Of a stretch of DNA of 33,624 bases, positions 9,572-19,635 are shown piece by piece. The stretch's first letter is position 1. Each line of letters opens with the position of its first letter. A program made the position numbers and the translations under genes. The DNA comes from a virus (lineage: Duplodnaviria; Caudoviricetes). Below the pieces are notes generated by a model. The model was given only the letters and a program-made list of their open reading frames with translations, had not been told where the DNA came from and searched no databases. Location of the stretch: positions 1 through 33,624 of IMG/VR virus record IMGVR_UViG_3300044476_000134. One strand, written 5' to 3'.

Positions 9572-11559
9572 TGGCATACGGCGTTAATTATAGAATGACA
9601 TATAAGCGCTTCAGTGGAGGCACTACTACTATTGATATTCTTAAAAATGGATATGGCGGTGGTATTACTACATTAATGGGTGCAAGTGATCCATTAGAAG
9701 TAATGTTTGATGGTAATGTTAGTAATATTTTTTCAGGAACAAAGGGCAGTGGAGCAAATATCAATATAGTTGCAACTCCTTTTTCAATGGTAAATGTCTT
9801 TACTACTGATCCTCAAGAATATATGGTTAAAATATATAATGGAGCTTCGGGGTCTACATTGGTATGGCAAGGTTTTCTGAATACAGGAATATATGCAGAG
9901 AACTTAAATAGTAATTTGCACAGTACGATTTCTTTAAAAGCAAACGATGGCATGGCAGTACTTGATATGCTACCATATAGACCCGATCCTTCAACTTATT
10001 ATTCAGGCGCTGCAACAGTTACTACAATACTTAATAACTGTTTAAATAAATTAGCTTTAACATGGACTGACCGAAGAGGTTGTATCAATTTATATAATAG
10101 TTTAACTGGTTGGATATTTAACAGTTTAGCAGTTAAGCAAGAAAACTTTATTGATGAAAGTGGAGTACCTATGTCTTGTCGTGAAGTTATAGAGAACATA
10201 ATGAAATCATTAGGTGTCAATATGTTATTTAGAGGTGGTACTATTTATATGGTAGATCCTCTTATGCTTCAAAATAGAGAATTAGGTCAACAATATGATG
10301 CTAACTGGGCTGGTGCAGGTTATACAGATTTCCCTGGCAGTACATTAGAAATTTCAACAGGTCAAATTACATGGAAAAAAACTGGAGTTTCTCTTGATGT
10401 TAATCCTCCTATTAATCAATTGGATATTAAATATGATCCTTATAATTTAACGACAACAATTTTTAATTTAAGTGATTCTAATATTTGGAATAATGTTGGT
10501 ACATGGAGCGCTACATTGGGTAGTTACCCTAATCAATATAAGATTAATAAAACAATTACATATGATAATGTAACTTTTGATGGTTCTATATATGCAGAAG
10601 CAATTAAAAGAGATGATGGTTCAGATTCAGAATATTATATTAAATCATTATGTGGTCCTGTAAATAATAATATACATAAAAGTATTGGAAAGGCAAACTT
10701 TTCATTTCCTTTTACAAGTGTTTATAGGGATCCAAGTGTTTATATTCGTGTTTCTGCTGACTATTATGTCAATACAAGAAGTTTTGATAATATTTATGAC
10801 ACATCAATAGCATCAACTGTCGTTAATCGCGTTGATAATTCAATAGGTTTAAAGATTGGTGGTGGTCCAGATTCTTCAATAAGATGGCAAAAAACAAGAG
10901 TAACATCGGCGTCTGGTTTAAATGGCTTAACTATAACACAAAGTAATATACAAGATGCTTGGTTTACTGGCTCAACTACATTCCAATTACAACATCCTAC
11001 TTTAATATGGGACGGTTCTATAAACGTTTATATAGATGCTAAGTATGATACTGGTTGGTTTACTTCAAATGACAAGAACTGCCTCATTAAAAATATTAAG
11101 ATAGAACCTGTTAATGTTGCAGGTAATGTTTTAGAAAATTCAGGTATTAATTATAATTGTTTAAAAACAATAAGTAATTATGTTATAGATCCTGTAGAAA
11201 TTACTACATTACTTGGTGCAGGTCCATATGGTATATCAAAAGCTGCTTATATCGATTATGACATAGATCAAATATCGCCAGGATTAGCGAGAACTCCTGG
11301 TGGCACCATAGTAAAATATGCACATTTATTAGGTCAAAACTTTGTTACTCAATATGATACACCTCGTTTAATACTTAATGGTGATTTAAAAGTCCCTACT
11401 CAAATGATGGATATTCAAAATTCATTAATAAGATGGAGCAATAATTTGCCAGGCAAAACATTTTATATTGTTAAAGGAACATATAACGATTTTAGGGAAT
11501 ATTTTAGTGCAACGATGATTGATTGCGCAAGCACTCGAGAAAATATAAATTTATTATAA
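9571..11559 (+). CDS. Distal tail/hub protein
   Basis: Follows the tape measure gene; YMVKIY...LVWQGFL...ISLKANDGM pattern recalled from Bacteroidota siphoviruses. Confidence 0.65.
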   Translation: MAYGVNYRMTYKRFSGGTTTIDILKNGYGGGITTLMGASDPLEVMFDGNVSNIFSGTKGSGANINIVATPFSMVNVFTTDPQEYMVKIYNGASGSTLVWQGFLNTGIYAENLNSNLHSTISLKANDGMAVLDMLPYRPDPSTYYSGAATVTTILNNCLNKLALTWTDRRGCINLYNSLTGWIFNSLAVKQENFIDESGVPMSCREVIENIMKSLGVNMLFRGGTIYMVDPLMLQNRELGQQYDANWAGAGYTDFPGSTLEISTGQITWKKTGVSLDVNPPINQLDIKYDPYNLTTTIFNLSDSNIWNNVGTWSATLGSYPNQYKINKTITYDNVTFDGSIYAEAIKRDDGSDSEYYIKSLCGPVNNNIHKSIGKANFSFPFTSVYRDPSVYIRVSADYYVNTRSFDNIYDTSIASTVVNRVDNSIGLKIGGGPDSSIRWQKTRVTSASGLNGLTITQSNIQDAWFTGSTTFQLQHPTLIWDGSINVYIDAKYDTGWFTSNDKNCLIKNIKIEPVNVAGNVLENSGINYNCLKTISNYVIDPVEITTLLGAGPYGISKAAYIDYDIDQISPGLARTPGGTIVKYAHLLGQNFVTQYDTPRLILNGDLKVPTQMMDIQNSLIRWSNNLPGKTFYIVKGTYNDFREYFSATMIDCASTRENINLL

Positions 11560-14519
11560 TGGCAATTGATATTAGACAATATAGTTTATTACCTGTAAGA
11601 AGAGATAAACAAAATCACCCAGGAAGTACAGCAGGAATAAGTGCTGCTGGTGGAGGTAGTAGTTCAAGTTCTTCAGTATCTGGTACATTTTTACCAATAT
11701 ACAAAGATAGTTCAGTAATGATATATTGGGAATCGAGTACTAATTCTGTTAGATTTTCTGCTAATGTTTTTGCAGATGGAGAAGTTGCAGCATGGACTGC
11801 AGCACCTACATCACCATCTTGGTTAAGTGGTTTAATGCATGAAGTTTCATTTGGTCCTAAATTTAGTTGGTCAGGTGGATATTTAACATATCCTGAATAT
11901 TTAAGAGAATCTTCATTAGGAACTGGATTTACTTGGAATGGTGTGACTAGTAAATACGATGTAAGTGGTGGTGGCGGAACTGGTGATGTTACTAAAGCTT
12001 ATGTTGATGGTAGTTTATCAACAAGAGATACTTCAATATACAATTTAGGAGTTAAAAATTCTAATCAAGACACTTCTCTTAATTCAATATGGACTAAATT
12101 AGGTTCTGTAGACACTTCATTAAATAATTTAGGTGTAAAGAACACCAATCAAGATACGTCTTTAAATAATTTAGGTATAAAGAATGCTAACCAAGACACT
12201 TCACTTAATTCAATATGGACTAAATTAGGTTCAGTAGACACTTCATTAAATAAAACATTACAAAAAAATAGTACAAATACTGCTTTTGTAATGACTCTTC
12301 CTATGAATACACAGGATGCATCATTATTATTTTATTATGAAGTTTCAACAAATGCTTTAAGAGTAAATGCTAACCTATATGCTTCAGGAGAAGTTGCAGC
12401 ATTTACAGCAGTACCTACTGTTCCAAACTGGAGTGCAGGATTTATGAAAGAAGCTTCATTTGGTCCTAAGTTCAGTTGGGTAGGAGGCTACTTAGATGTA
12501 TGTACAGGCGCAGGTAGTGGTTCTCAATGGATTACTTCAGGAAGTAATATTTATTATGATACAGGTAATGTTGGTATTGGAACTATTACACCTACATTCC
12601 CACTTTCATTTGCTGCAACTACAGGCGATAAAATAGCCTTGTATGATAATAATGCAGGAATACAATATGGGTTTGGCATTCAATCGAATTTATTACAAAT
12701 ATATTGTGATACTGCAACAGATAGGGTAGGCATAGGCTATGGAACCAGCGGATCATTTACTGAAACACTTACAGTAAAAGGAACAAATGTAGGTATTGGC
12801 GAAACTGCTCCTAATAGAATGTTTGTTGTTAATTCAGCATCTAATCAAGTTGCAAAAATTACCAACGGTTATTATAACAGAGGAATTGAATTAGGTGTTA
12901 CAGCAGATTCAATGTCTTATATACAAGGAGTGATTCACAATTCAGATGCTCCTTACTATCTAAATCTTAATCCAAATGGATATGGTGTAGCGATAGGTAA
13001 AACAACAAATGCTACTGCAATGCTTGATGTTGCAGGATATGTGAGATTTGCTTCATCAGCAGGTACATATCCTTGGGAACTTCGTACATCAGCAGGTGCA
13101 AATGAAATGTATCTGTATGAGATGACCGGGTCTACTGGTCCAAAATTAACACTAACTTCAGGAGGACAGCTACAATTAAGTGCAACAACAGGAACAGCTC
13201 CCATTTCTGTTTCATCTACAACAGTATGTCCTAACCTTAATGCCGCTATGGTTGATGGATATGGAGCAAGTTCATTAGCAAAAAGATACTCTGCAACAGT
13301 GACTCTTTCATCTACCTATGCAAAAATCGCACGTATTTATGGTGGAGGATTAGCTTCTGGATACAGAGTTTCTTTCACTGGAACAGGTGATAGTATTGTT
13401 GTAAATGCTGTTGCTGATATACTTGTAAATCACTATAAAGATATAACAATAAAGTCATTTTCAGGGGCATACTCAACAGTGACACTTAGAATTACTTCTG
13501 ATGATAATTCAGATCATTATCTTGAAGCCAAAATTAACTCTGCAAACTCTTCTCCAATTATTTGTGTTGTAATGCCATTTGGTGCTGAAACAGTAATAAT
13601 GACTCCGGCTTCAGTTTCAGGAAGTTCAGTATTAGAACACGTTTGTAGTAGACAAAAACTTGCAATCTCAAATTATGATGGAGATGGAGGAACAGTAGGA
13701 GGAATTACATCAACAGGAAAAATTGCAGTTACCTATGCTGATTTAGAGTTTGGACAGTGGATACATACTACTACTGGAAACACCTATCTTGATAATACTA
13801 AAGATGATAGTAGTTATAAGTTGTTCTTAAGGATGAGAACAAATGGAACTCCTTTATATGCATTTACAGCCTGTGGTACTGGTTATAATGGAGTTGGTAC
13901 TGACTCCCCTACATATCCTTTTCACGTTTATGCTACACCAACAGACAGAGGAATCGCCTGTTTAACAGGAGCGGGTACAGCAGGTACTTATTTACAGCTT
14001 GATGAAGCAGGAATCAAAGGTTGGGCTATTGGAATGGACAATGGAAGTTCTACTTTTAGGATAAAAGAAGATTCTTATGCAGGTACAACAGCATTTTCAA
14101 TAGCAGTAGGAGGAGTCGCCACCTTTGCACAAAACATAATTGCAAACGCAAACATAAATTGCTATGGCGAAGTAACTGCTTATTATTCTTCTGATGAAAG
14201 ACTTAAAACTAATATCAAATCATTCACTGCCTTAGACATTATCAAAAAACTTCCTTCTGCAAAAACCTATAAATGGAATGAAAAAGCTGTTAGTCTTAAT
14301 CCTGCAAAAGATACATCAACACAACAATATGGACTTATTGCACAAGAAGTTTTAAAAACAAATCCTGAACTGGTACATAAGATATATGAAGATTATCTAA
14401 GTATTGATTACGTGCAACTTATACCTATTCTTTTACAAGGTATGAAAGAACTTAATACTAAAGTTAATAATCTTGAAAAGGAACTTAATTATTATAAAAA
14501 TGAACGATATGGTTTATAA
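11559..14519 (+). CDS. Tail fibre with internal repeats and C-terminal intramolecular chaperone (peptidase S74-like)
   Basis: Likely start MAIDIRQ at the TAATG overlap; DTSLN heptad repeats; GNVGIGT repeats; SDERLKTNI...YGLIAQEV...IDYVQLIPIL. Confidence 0.88.
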   Translation: MAIDIRQYSLLPVRRDKQNHPGSTAGISAAGGGSSSSSSVSGTFLPIYKDSSVMIYWESSTNSVRFSANVFADGEVAAWTAAPTSPSWLSGLMHEVSFGPKFSWSGGYLTYPEYLRESSLGTGFTWNGVTSKYDVSGGGGTGDVTKAYVDGSLSTRDTSIYNLGVKNSNQDTSLNSIWTKLGSVDTSLNNLGVKNTNQDTSLNNLGIKNANQDTSLNSIWTKLGSVDTSLNKTLQKNSTNTAFVMTLPMNTQDASLLFYYEVSTNALRVNANLYASGEVAAFTAVPTVPNWSAGFMKEASFGPKFSWVGGYLDVCTGAGSGSQWITSGSNIYYDTGNVGIGTITPTFPLSFAATTGDKIALYDNNAGIQYGFGIQSNLLQIYCDTATDRVGIGYGTSGSFTETLTVKGTNVGIGETAPNRMFVVNSASNQVAKITNGYYNRGIELGVTADSMSYIQGVIHNSDAPYYLNLNPNGYGVAIGKTTNATAMLDVAGYVRFASSAGTYPWELRTSAGANEMYLYEMTGSTGPKLTLTSGGQLQLSATTGTAPISVSSTTVCPNLNAAMVDGYGASSLAKRYSATVTLSSTYAKIARIYGGGLASGYRVSFTGTGDSIVVNAVADILVNHYKDITIKSFSGAYSTVTLRITSDDNSDHYLEAKINSANSSPIICVVMPFGAETVIMTPASVSGSSVLEHVCSRQKLAISNYDGDGGTVGGITSTGKIAVTYADLEFGQWIHTTTGNTYLDNTKDDSSYKLFLRMRTNGTPLYAFTACGTGYNGVGTDSPTYPFHVYATPTDRGIACLTGAGTAGTYLQLDEAGIKGWAIGMDNGSSTFRIKEDSYAGTTAFSIAVGGVATFAQNIIANANINCYGEVTAYYSSDERLKTNIKSFTALDIIKKLPSAKTYKWNEKAVSLNPAKDTSTQQYGLIAQEVLKTNPELVHKIYEDYLSIDYVQLIPILLQGMKELNTKVNNLEKELNYYKNERYGL

Positions 14520-15138
14520 AGTATATATGACAATAAACAATCTCGACACAAAGAAGTGTTATGTTGGGATGACAGGTAGATTAGATACTAACTATAAAGG
14601 TAGTGGCACTTATATACGTAGAGCTTTTAAGAAATACGGAATTAACAATTTTGTTCGTATTGATTTAGGAGAATTTCAAAACAAAGACGAAGCTCATTAT
14701 TGGGAAGGTTTTTATATAAAGCTTTATAAAACTGAGGTTAAGTATAATGGATATAACATAAGTCCTAAAGGAGGACTTGGTGCGTATAATGATTGTTTAT
14801 CTGAAGATACAAAACAAAGAATTAGTCAAAAATTAAAAGGCAGACATAGCGGAATTAAACCAATGTTAGGAAAGCATCATTCTATTGAAACTAAAATAAA
14901 AATTAAGGAATCTAATATAGGTAAATCAAAAAATAAAGGATGTAAACATACAGAAGAACATATAGAAAAACAACGAAGTAGTATGATTGGCAAAAACTTA
15001 AATAATAAATCAAAAACTGGTAAAAAAGATTCATCTGAAACTTTATTGAAAAAAAGTGATTCCGGAAAAACTGCTTGGATAAAAAGAAAACAAAAATTAA
15101 CTAAATGTAAAAATGAGCAAAGTTATTTCGAAATATAG
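14500..15138 (+). CDS. Free-standing GIY-YIG homing endonuclease with NUMOD3-like repeats
   Basis: KVYMTIN...CYVGMT, YKGSG, AFKKYG, GYNISPKGG, then GKHHSIETKIKI and GCKHTEEH repeats. Confidence 0.9.
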   Translation: MNDMVYKVYMTINNLDTKKCYVGMTGRLDTNYKGSGTYIRRAFKKYGINNFVRIDLGEFQNKDEAHYWEGFYIKLYKTEVKYNGYNISPKGGLGAYNDCLSEDTKQRISQKLKGRHSGIKPMLGKHHSIETKIKIKESNIGKSKNKGCKHTEEHIEKQRSSMIGKNLNNKSKTGKKDSSETLLKKSDSGKTAWIKRKQKLTKCKNEQSYFEI

Positions 15139-16129
15139 AGGTTATTCAACAAACGAATTAAAAACCAGAGCAGAAGTTCCTGATCAAGGTAATATGACTG
15201 AGTCTGGCAATGATGTTCTTTGTTCTGATATTACAACAAATAAAATTGAAACTGCTTTAGGTTTATCTATAACACCTAATACATTATCAACATTATGCAC
15301 AAGTAATTCAATTAACAAATATAGTGGCTTTAGTCCTTATACTTTAAGTTATTCTGGAGGCGGAGGAACACTTGACTCTTCTTTAGTATTTACAAAACCT
15401 ACGACAAATTATACTATGGGTAGTTTTGCAGGTTATAATCACGGTGCAATTACACCCGGATTAGACCATATTTGGAATACTACAAATGTAGTAACAGGAG
15501 GTGTAGCAACATTTGATGCTTATGTAGATATAGGTGAAATGAGATACCCATCTCCTGCCGCTGCTTTAGTTTTATCAATATGGGATGGAGGAATGTTAGA
15601 AGGTGTAGGTTTTACTGCATTGAGTGGAGTTAAAGACACTTATATTTTTGTAACTGCTGACTCTTCCACTTTATTTATGAATAAAACACTTACTTGTAGA
15701 TTACACATAGGAGATAGTACAACTGAATTTCAACAAAATGGTACAAATGCTTTATGTATAGTTCCTAACACAACCACTTATGATAGGAATATTGTAGTAG
15801 GACCATCTGGTGGAGCAGTAACATATCAAGGTGACACCAATTGGGGTGTATGGAATAGAGCAAGTACATACAAGCCATCTTCAGTTAGTTCATTTGAAAC
15901 TTCAACTGGATATTTAGAACTTACTATACTTGGTTCAGTAACAAATAGTAATCAGCAAATATCTGCTTATGTTACAGGAACAGGTGTTACTAATGGAGCT
16001 ATGGATATATTCAAATCATCAAGGGATGGAACATATAATGCTAATCAACAAATAATATTTGAACAATATGTAGGCCCTCAAGTCTATAATGATTGGTCAA
16101 TGACAGTAACATTTGGTGACGAAATGTAA
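15113..16129 (+). CDS. Tail-associated structural protein
   Basis: LCTSNSINKYSGFSPY and MGSFAGYNH resemble genes that follow tail fibres in Bacteroidota phages; Ser/Thr/Gly-rich. Confidence 0.55.
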   Translation: MSKVISKYRGYSTNELKTRAEVPDQGNMTESGNDVLCSDITTNKIETALGLSITPNTLSTLCTSNSINKYSGFSPYTLSYSGGGGTLDSSLVFTKPTTNYTMGSFAGYNHGAITPGLDHIWNTTNVVTGGVATFDAYVDIGEMRYPSPAAALVLSIWDGGMLEGVGFTALSGVKDTYIFVTADSSTLFMNKTLTCRLHIGDSTTEFQQNGTNALCIVPNTTTYDRNIVVGPSGGAVTYQGDTNWGVWNRASTYKPSSVSSFETSTGYLELTILGSVTNSNQQISAYVTGTGVTNGAMDIFKSSRDGTYNANQQIIFEQYVGPQVYNDWSMTVTFGDEM

Positions 16130-16143
16130 AATAATTTAATGAT

Positions 16144-16290
16144 ATGGAAATAATATTTGGAATTTTGATAATCGGTCTTATTGCTTGGATGATTGTCTTA
16201 CAAAAACGTAAAGGAAACAAAAGCAAAGGTGAAGGTGGGTTCATACACGAGGATTTAAAAAACGATCCTCAAGAAATGAAGAATATATAA
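16144..16290 (+). CDS. Small membrane protein (48 aa, not in the ORF track)
   Basis: MEIIFGILIIGLIAWMIVLQKRK...; fills the intergenic gap. Confidence 0.55.
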   Translation: MEIIFGILIIGLIAWMIVLQKRKGNKSKGEGGFIHEDLKNDPQEMKNI

Positions 16291-16299
16291 TAAAATAAA
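16282..16299 (+). promoter_or_regulatory. AATATATAATAAAATAAA motif
   Basis: Identical to the copy at 529. Confidence 0.72.
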
Positions 16300-16307
16300 A
16301 CTATTCA

Positions 16308-17285
16308 ATGGCTGACATTACAGGATATATTTTAGACTCATCTTTAACTGGTTATGTATATGACATTGGTACATCTGGGGTTGTAGCACAATTTAGTGTA
16401 TCAGGTGTATCAATGGATTATGTCAATACTGAACTTGAAAAACGATTAAAAGAATCAAGTTTGGGATCTTCGTTCTTATGGGCTAATGGAATTGTTGATG
16501 TAAGTGTAACAGGAGTAACTGGTGGGGTCTCTCAGACTTATGTAGATGCCTCACTATTAAAACGTGATTCTTCAATAATAGATTTATATTCAAAAGTCGG
16601 GGGTGTTACTCAGGCTTATGTAGATAGTTCACTTGCACAAAGGGATATTTCAATCAATAACATTAAAAACAATTTTGGTCTATTCATTAAAAGCGCTTCT
16701 ATTGGGGATCACTTAGCTTGGAACGGAGGACAACTCGATGTAACAATTGATGAAGATGGTTTCGCAACTAATGCATCAATCAATAATGCTGGGTTTGCAA
16801 AAAACTCTTCAGTTAATTCAATCTGGACTAAACTTGGAAGTGTCGATACCTCGCTTAATAATCTTGGTGCAAAAGATACCTATATTGATACATCATTAAA
16901 TAATCTAGGCATAAAGAATTCAAATCAAGACACTTCGATAAATAACATTTGGACAAAGTTTATAAGCGTTGATACATCTCTTAATAACTTAGGAATCAAG
17001 AATGCAGCGCAAGACACCTCCATTAATTCAATATGGGCTAAACTTGGGAATATAGATATATCTCTTAATGCACCTGATAATGATGTTACAAAACTATATG
17101 TTGACGGTTCATTGAATGCAAGAGACGTTTCAATCGCTTGGTTAGCCGCAAATAGTGGTGGAGTTTCTCAGTCGTATGTTGACGGTTCACTTAATAATAG
17201 AGTTCTTGGAGTTATTAAAATAACATCAAGTACAACACAACCAACTACGCCAAGTGTTGGCGATCTATGGGTAGATATAAACTAA
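16308..17285 (+). CDS. Fibre-like virion protein sharing coiled-coil repeats with the tail fibre
   Basis: NSIWTKLGSVDTSLNNLG and YVDGSL repeats; ends PTTPSVGDLWVD. Confidence 0.7.
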   Translation: MADITGYILDSSLTGYVYDIGTSGVVAQFSVSGVSMDYVNTELEKRLKESSLGSSFLWANGIVDVSVTGVTGGVSQTYVDASLLKRDSSIIDLYSKVGGVTQAYVDSSLAQRDISINNIKNNFGLFIKSASIGDHLAWNGGQLDVTIDEDGFATNASINNAGFAKNSSVNSIWTKLGSVDTSLNNLGAKDTYIDTSLNNLGIKNSNQDTSINNIWTKFISVDTSLNNLGIKNAAQDTSINSIWAKLGNIDISLNAPDNDVTKLYVDGSLNARDVSIAWLAANSGGVSQSYVDGSLNNRVLGVIKITSSTTQPTTPSVGDLWVDIN

Positions 17286-17294
17286 TTTTTAAAA

Positions 17295-17441
17295 ATGAAT
17301 AAATATTTAATAATACAAAATTGCAATACAGAATATCCTAACATCAAAACTGATGTATATGGAAGACCGATTTACCTTTCAGAAATAAGTGATTTACCTG
17401 AAATTGAAGTAAACGAACAAATAATTGAAATAACAATATAA
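17295..17441 (+). CDS. Small hypothetical protein (48 aa, not in the ORF track)
   Basis: ATG to TAA fills the gap between neighbouring genes. Confidence 0.5.
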   Translation: MNKYLIIQNCNTEYPNIKTDVYGRPIYLSEISDLPEIEVNEQIIEITI

Positions 17442-17443
17442 TT

Positions 17444-18298
17444 ATGGCGATAACAACACTTGATGGGTACATTGGTGCCGCAAAACAAAAACTAAGATAT
17501 GTAAAAACAGCTTCTGCAACTTCCGTAGCTGCTCAATGGCACACACTATGGAATTTAGCAGGAGACCCAGGAGCAGGTTCGTTTGGACAAGTAATTGCTG
17601 CCAACAGTTCAACAGCCGGAACAGTATGTGATTACACAATGAATGGTTTTCCCACTATAAGACCATTTGGTGCAGGAAATACCGGTTATATGACCACATT
17701 TGATTATTCAGATTCAGTAGCAGGTAGGTTTATGATTTATGATAGAGTTTGGCAAGCAGGCCCCTTTGATTGTTCAACTACAAGGAACCCATCCAGAACA
17801 TACTCACTAACTGTGAACCCATCCTTATATGAATATAGAGTGCCATTGCAAACTGATGGTAAAAGAGATTGGTCTGTATTAGAATTATGGGCTGAAGTTT
17901 CAACTGCGTTCACTGCACAAGCTGCAACTTTATCTGTAGGTTATATGAACAAAGATGCATCAATTGGATGTTTCACAATTCCAACAGGGTCACTATCTGG
18001 GTTTATTACAGGCAGAGCATTTAACTTATCATTAGCAGCTGGTGATAATGGCATTATAAAAGTTACTGATGTTTCAATAGGTGGAGCATTGCTTTCAGGT
18101 GGTGTATTTAATTTGTTCTTAGCAAGACCTCTTTATGTAAACGCAAGGGTAAACGTTGCAAACTATTCTGATGTGCACGGGTTTGAAAAATTAGGCTTCC
18201 CAATAATAGAAGCAAGTTCAGCAATCGCACTTATGTACGCTGCTGATTCAACGGCAACTGGAATTGTGGATTGTATGATTGGATTGTGTAATGGGTAA
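17444..18298 (+). CDS. Putative beta-rich virion protein
   Basis: 284 aa, Gly/Ala/Thr-rich, in the late cluster. Confidence 0.55.
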   Translation: MAITTLDGYIGAAKQKLRYVKTASATSVAAQWHTLWNLAGDPGAGSFGQVIAANSSTAGTVCDYTMNGFPTIRPFGAGNTGYMTTFDYSDSVAGRFMIYDRVWQAGPFDCSTTRNPSRTYSLTVNPSLYEYRVPLQTDGKRDWSVLELWAEVSTAFTAQAATLSVGYMNKDASIGCFTIPTGSLSGFITGRAFNLSLAAGDNGIIKVTDVSIGGALLSGGVFNLFLARPLYVNARVNVANYSDVHGFEKLGFPIIEASSAIALMYAADSTATGIVDCMIGLCNG

Positions 18299-18569
18299 TT
18301 TTTCAATATATAGAAACACTAATTACAAAAGTCCGGCATTCCCTTTTAGTTCTTTAATTAAAAGAGAATCTGGACAAGGAGCAACTGAACTTGCAAGGTG
18401 GTTCTATTTTGGAACTGCTTCTACTCCTGAGACGTTTGGTGCAATACTTAAGAGATGGACTGGAAGTGTTTGGACGAAAGCAAAACTTATGGTTTATAAT
18501 GGTTCTTGGATTAGTAAACCACTTAAAGTTTTCAAAGAGGGTACTTGGCAAAATGTTGATACTCTTTAA
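18279..18569 (+). CDS. Small putative virion protein (start may be 18291)
   Basis: LKRWTGSVW / LMVYNGSW / LKVFKEGTW repeats typical of small fibre-associated proteins. Confidence 0.55.
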   Translation: MDCVMGNFSIYRNTNYKSPAFPFSSLIKRESGQGATELARWFYFGTASTPETFGAILKRWTGSVWTKAKLMVYNGSWISKPLKVFKEGTWQNVDTL

Positions 18570-18584
18570 AATAATTAAATAAAA

Positions 18585-18893
18585 ATGAATAATAAAATAG
18601 AATTATTTCAACATAACACGAAGTCAATTGCTTGTGTTGTAATCGGTGTAGCAGATGTATCTGGATTCATTCCTTACTTAACTGTTAAACGCAAAGCAAC
18701 AGATGATGCACCTGTGCTTTCAAATACCGGTGTTGTTACTGATGCATCAGGTTCTTTAGCATTTACATTAAGTGCAACTGATACTTCAATAAGTCCTGGT
18801 GATTATGTTTATGATGTGACTATTGAAAAAACACCTAATGTATATACAATAATTAAAGACCGTTTCACTATATTGGATGGTGTTAAATACTAA
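18585..18893 (+). CDS. BppU-N-like small structural protein
   Basis: GSLAFTLSATDT...GDYVYDVTIE pattern. Confidence 0.55.
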   Translation: MNNKIELFQHNTKSIACVVIGVADVSGFIPYLTVKRKATDDAPVLSNTGVVTDASGSLAFTLSATDTSISPGDYVYDVTIEKTPNVYTIIKDRFTILDGVKY

Positions 18894-18907
18894 AATAAAT
18901 TTGATTT

Positions 18908-19354
18908 ATGTCAGACACAGAATATAACGTTGTTAGTGAACAAATTAAAGGATTGACTACTTTAATAAATGCACAATTTATGGAAGTGCACTCTAGACTT
19001 GACAAGATAAATGGCAAAGTCGGTAAACACGATGAACAAATTCAAGAAGCTTTAATTGAAAGAGCTAAGAATCGTGAAGAACAAAAGAACATGATACCTG
19101 TTCATATTAATTCATGTCCTAATCTTAGTGAAATTAGAGGATGCAGAATTAAAATTGAAAATGTAGAAGAAAGATTTGAACAATTAGAACAAAAACTTGA
19201 GGATGGGTTGTTTATTCTAAAATATCCAAAACTTTTTATTGCAGGTCTTGCAATTATTGTTATTCTTACAATAGGAACATTCTTATCAAATAATCCTTTA
19301 AAAGCATATGATAATTTCGTACATCCTAAACCTCAAACTGAACAAGTAAAATGA
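18908..19354 (+). CDS. Coiled-coil membrane protein, possible lysis accessory
   Basis: Coiled coil plus C-terminal TM helix; ATGA overlap with the holin-like gene. Confidence 0.55.
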   Translation: MSDTEYNVVSEQIKGLTTLINAQFMEVHSRLDKINGKVGKHDEQIQEALIERAKNREEQKNMIPVHINSCPNLSEIRGCRIKIENVEERFEQLEQKLEDGLFILKYPKLFIAGLAIIVILTIGTFLSNNPLKAYDNFVHPKPQTEQVK

Positions 19355-19572
19355 CAGCAAAAAAGTTTAAAGATCTATTAGTTGATTTTATAAAAGAATT
19401 ATTCTCAGCAAGTAATGAAGTAAGTTCAAAAAGATTACTTGCTTTTTACTTTGCTCTTATAGTTACATTTCTTATGTTCTTTAATTATAATTATAATTAC
19501 ATAAGTGCATCAATGATATTGATTGCAGGTCTGATGGGTTTAACCACCATCGAAAAATTCGGAAAAAAATAA
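19351..19572 (+). CDS. Putative holin
   Basis: 73 aa, two TM helices after EVSSKRL, basic C-terminus, end of the late cluster. Confidence 0.6.
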   Translation: MTAKKFKDLLVDFIKELFSASNEVSSKRLLAFYFALIVTFLMFFNYNYNYISASMILIAGLMGLTTIEKFGKK

Positions 19573-19608
19573 GCGGATGGTGCTCTGGTTAAGCAACTAC
19601 ATCCGCTT
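19571..19608. terminator. Hairpin between convergent genes
   Basis: AAGCGGATG...CATCCGCTT inverted repeat. Confidence 0.55.
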
Positions 19609-19635
19609 GGTCATATATAAAATGATTCTAGTGGT

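Noticed and set aside
12030-12250. CRISPR array or DGR repeat
   Set aside because: These are in-frame coding repeats with no unique spacers; no cas or reverse transcriptase gene is evident.
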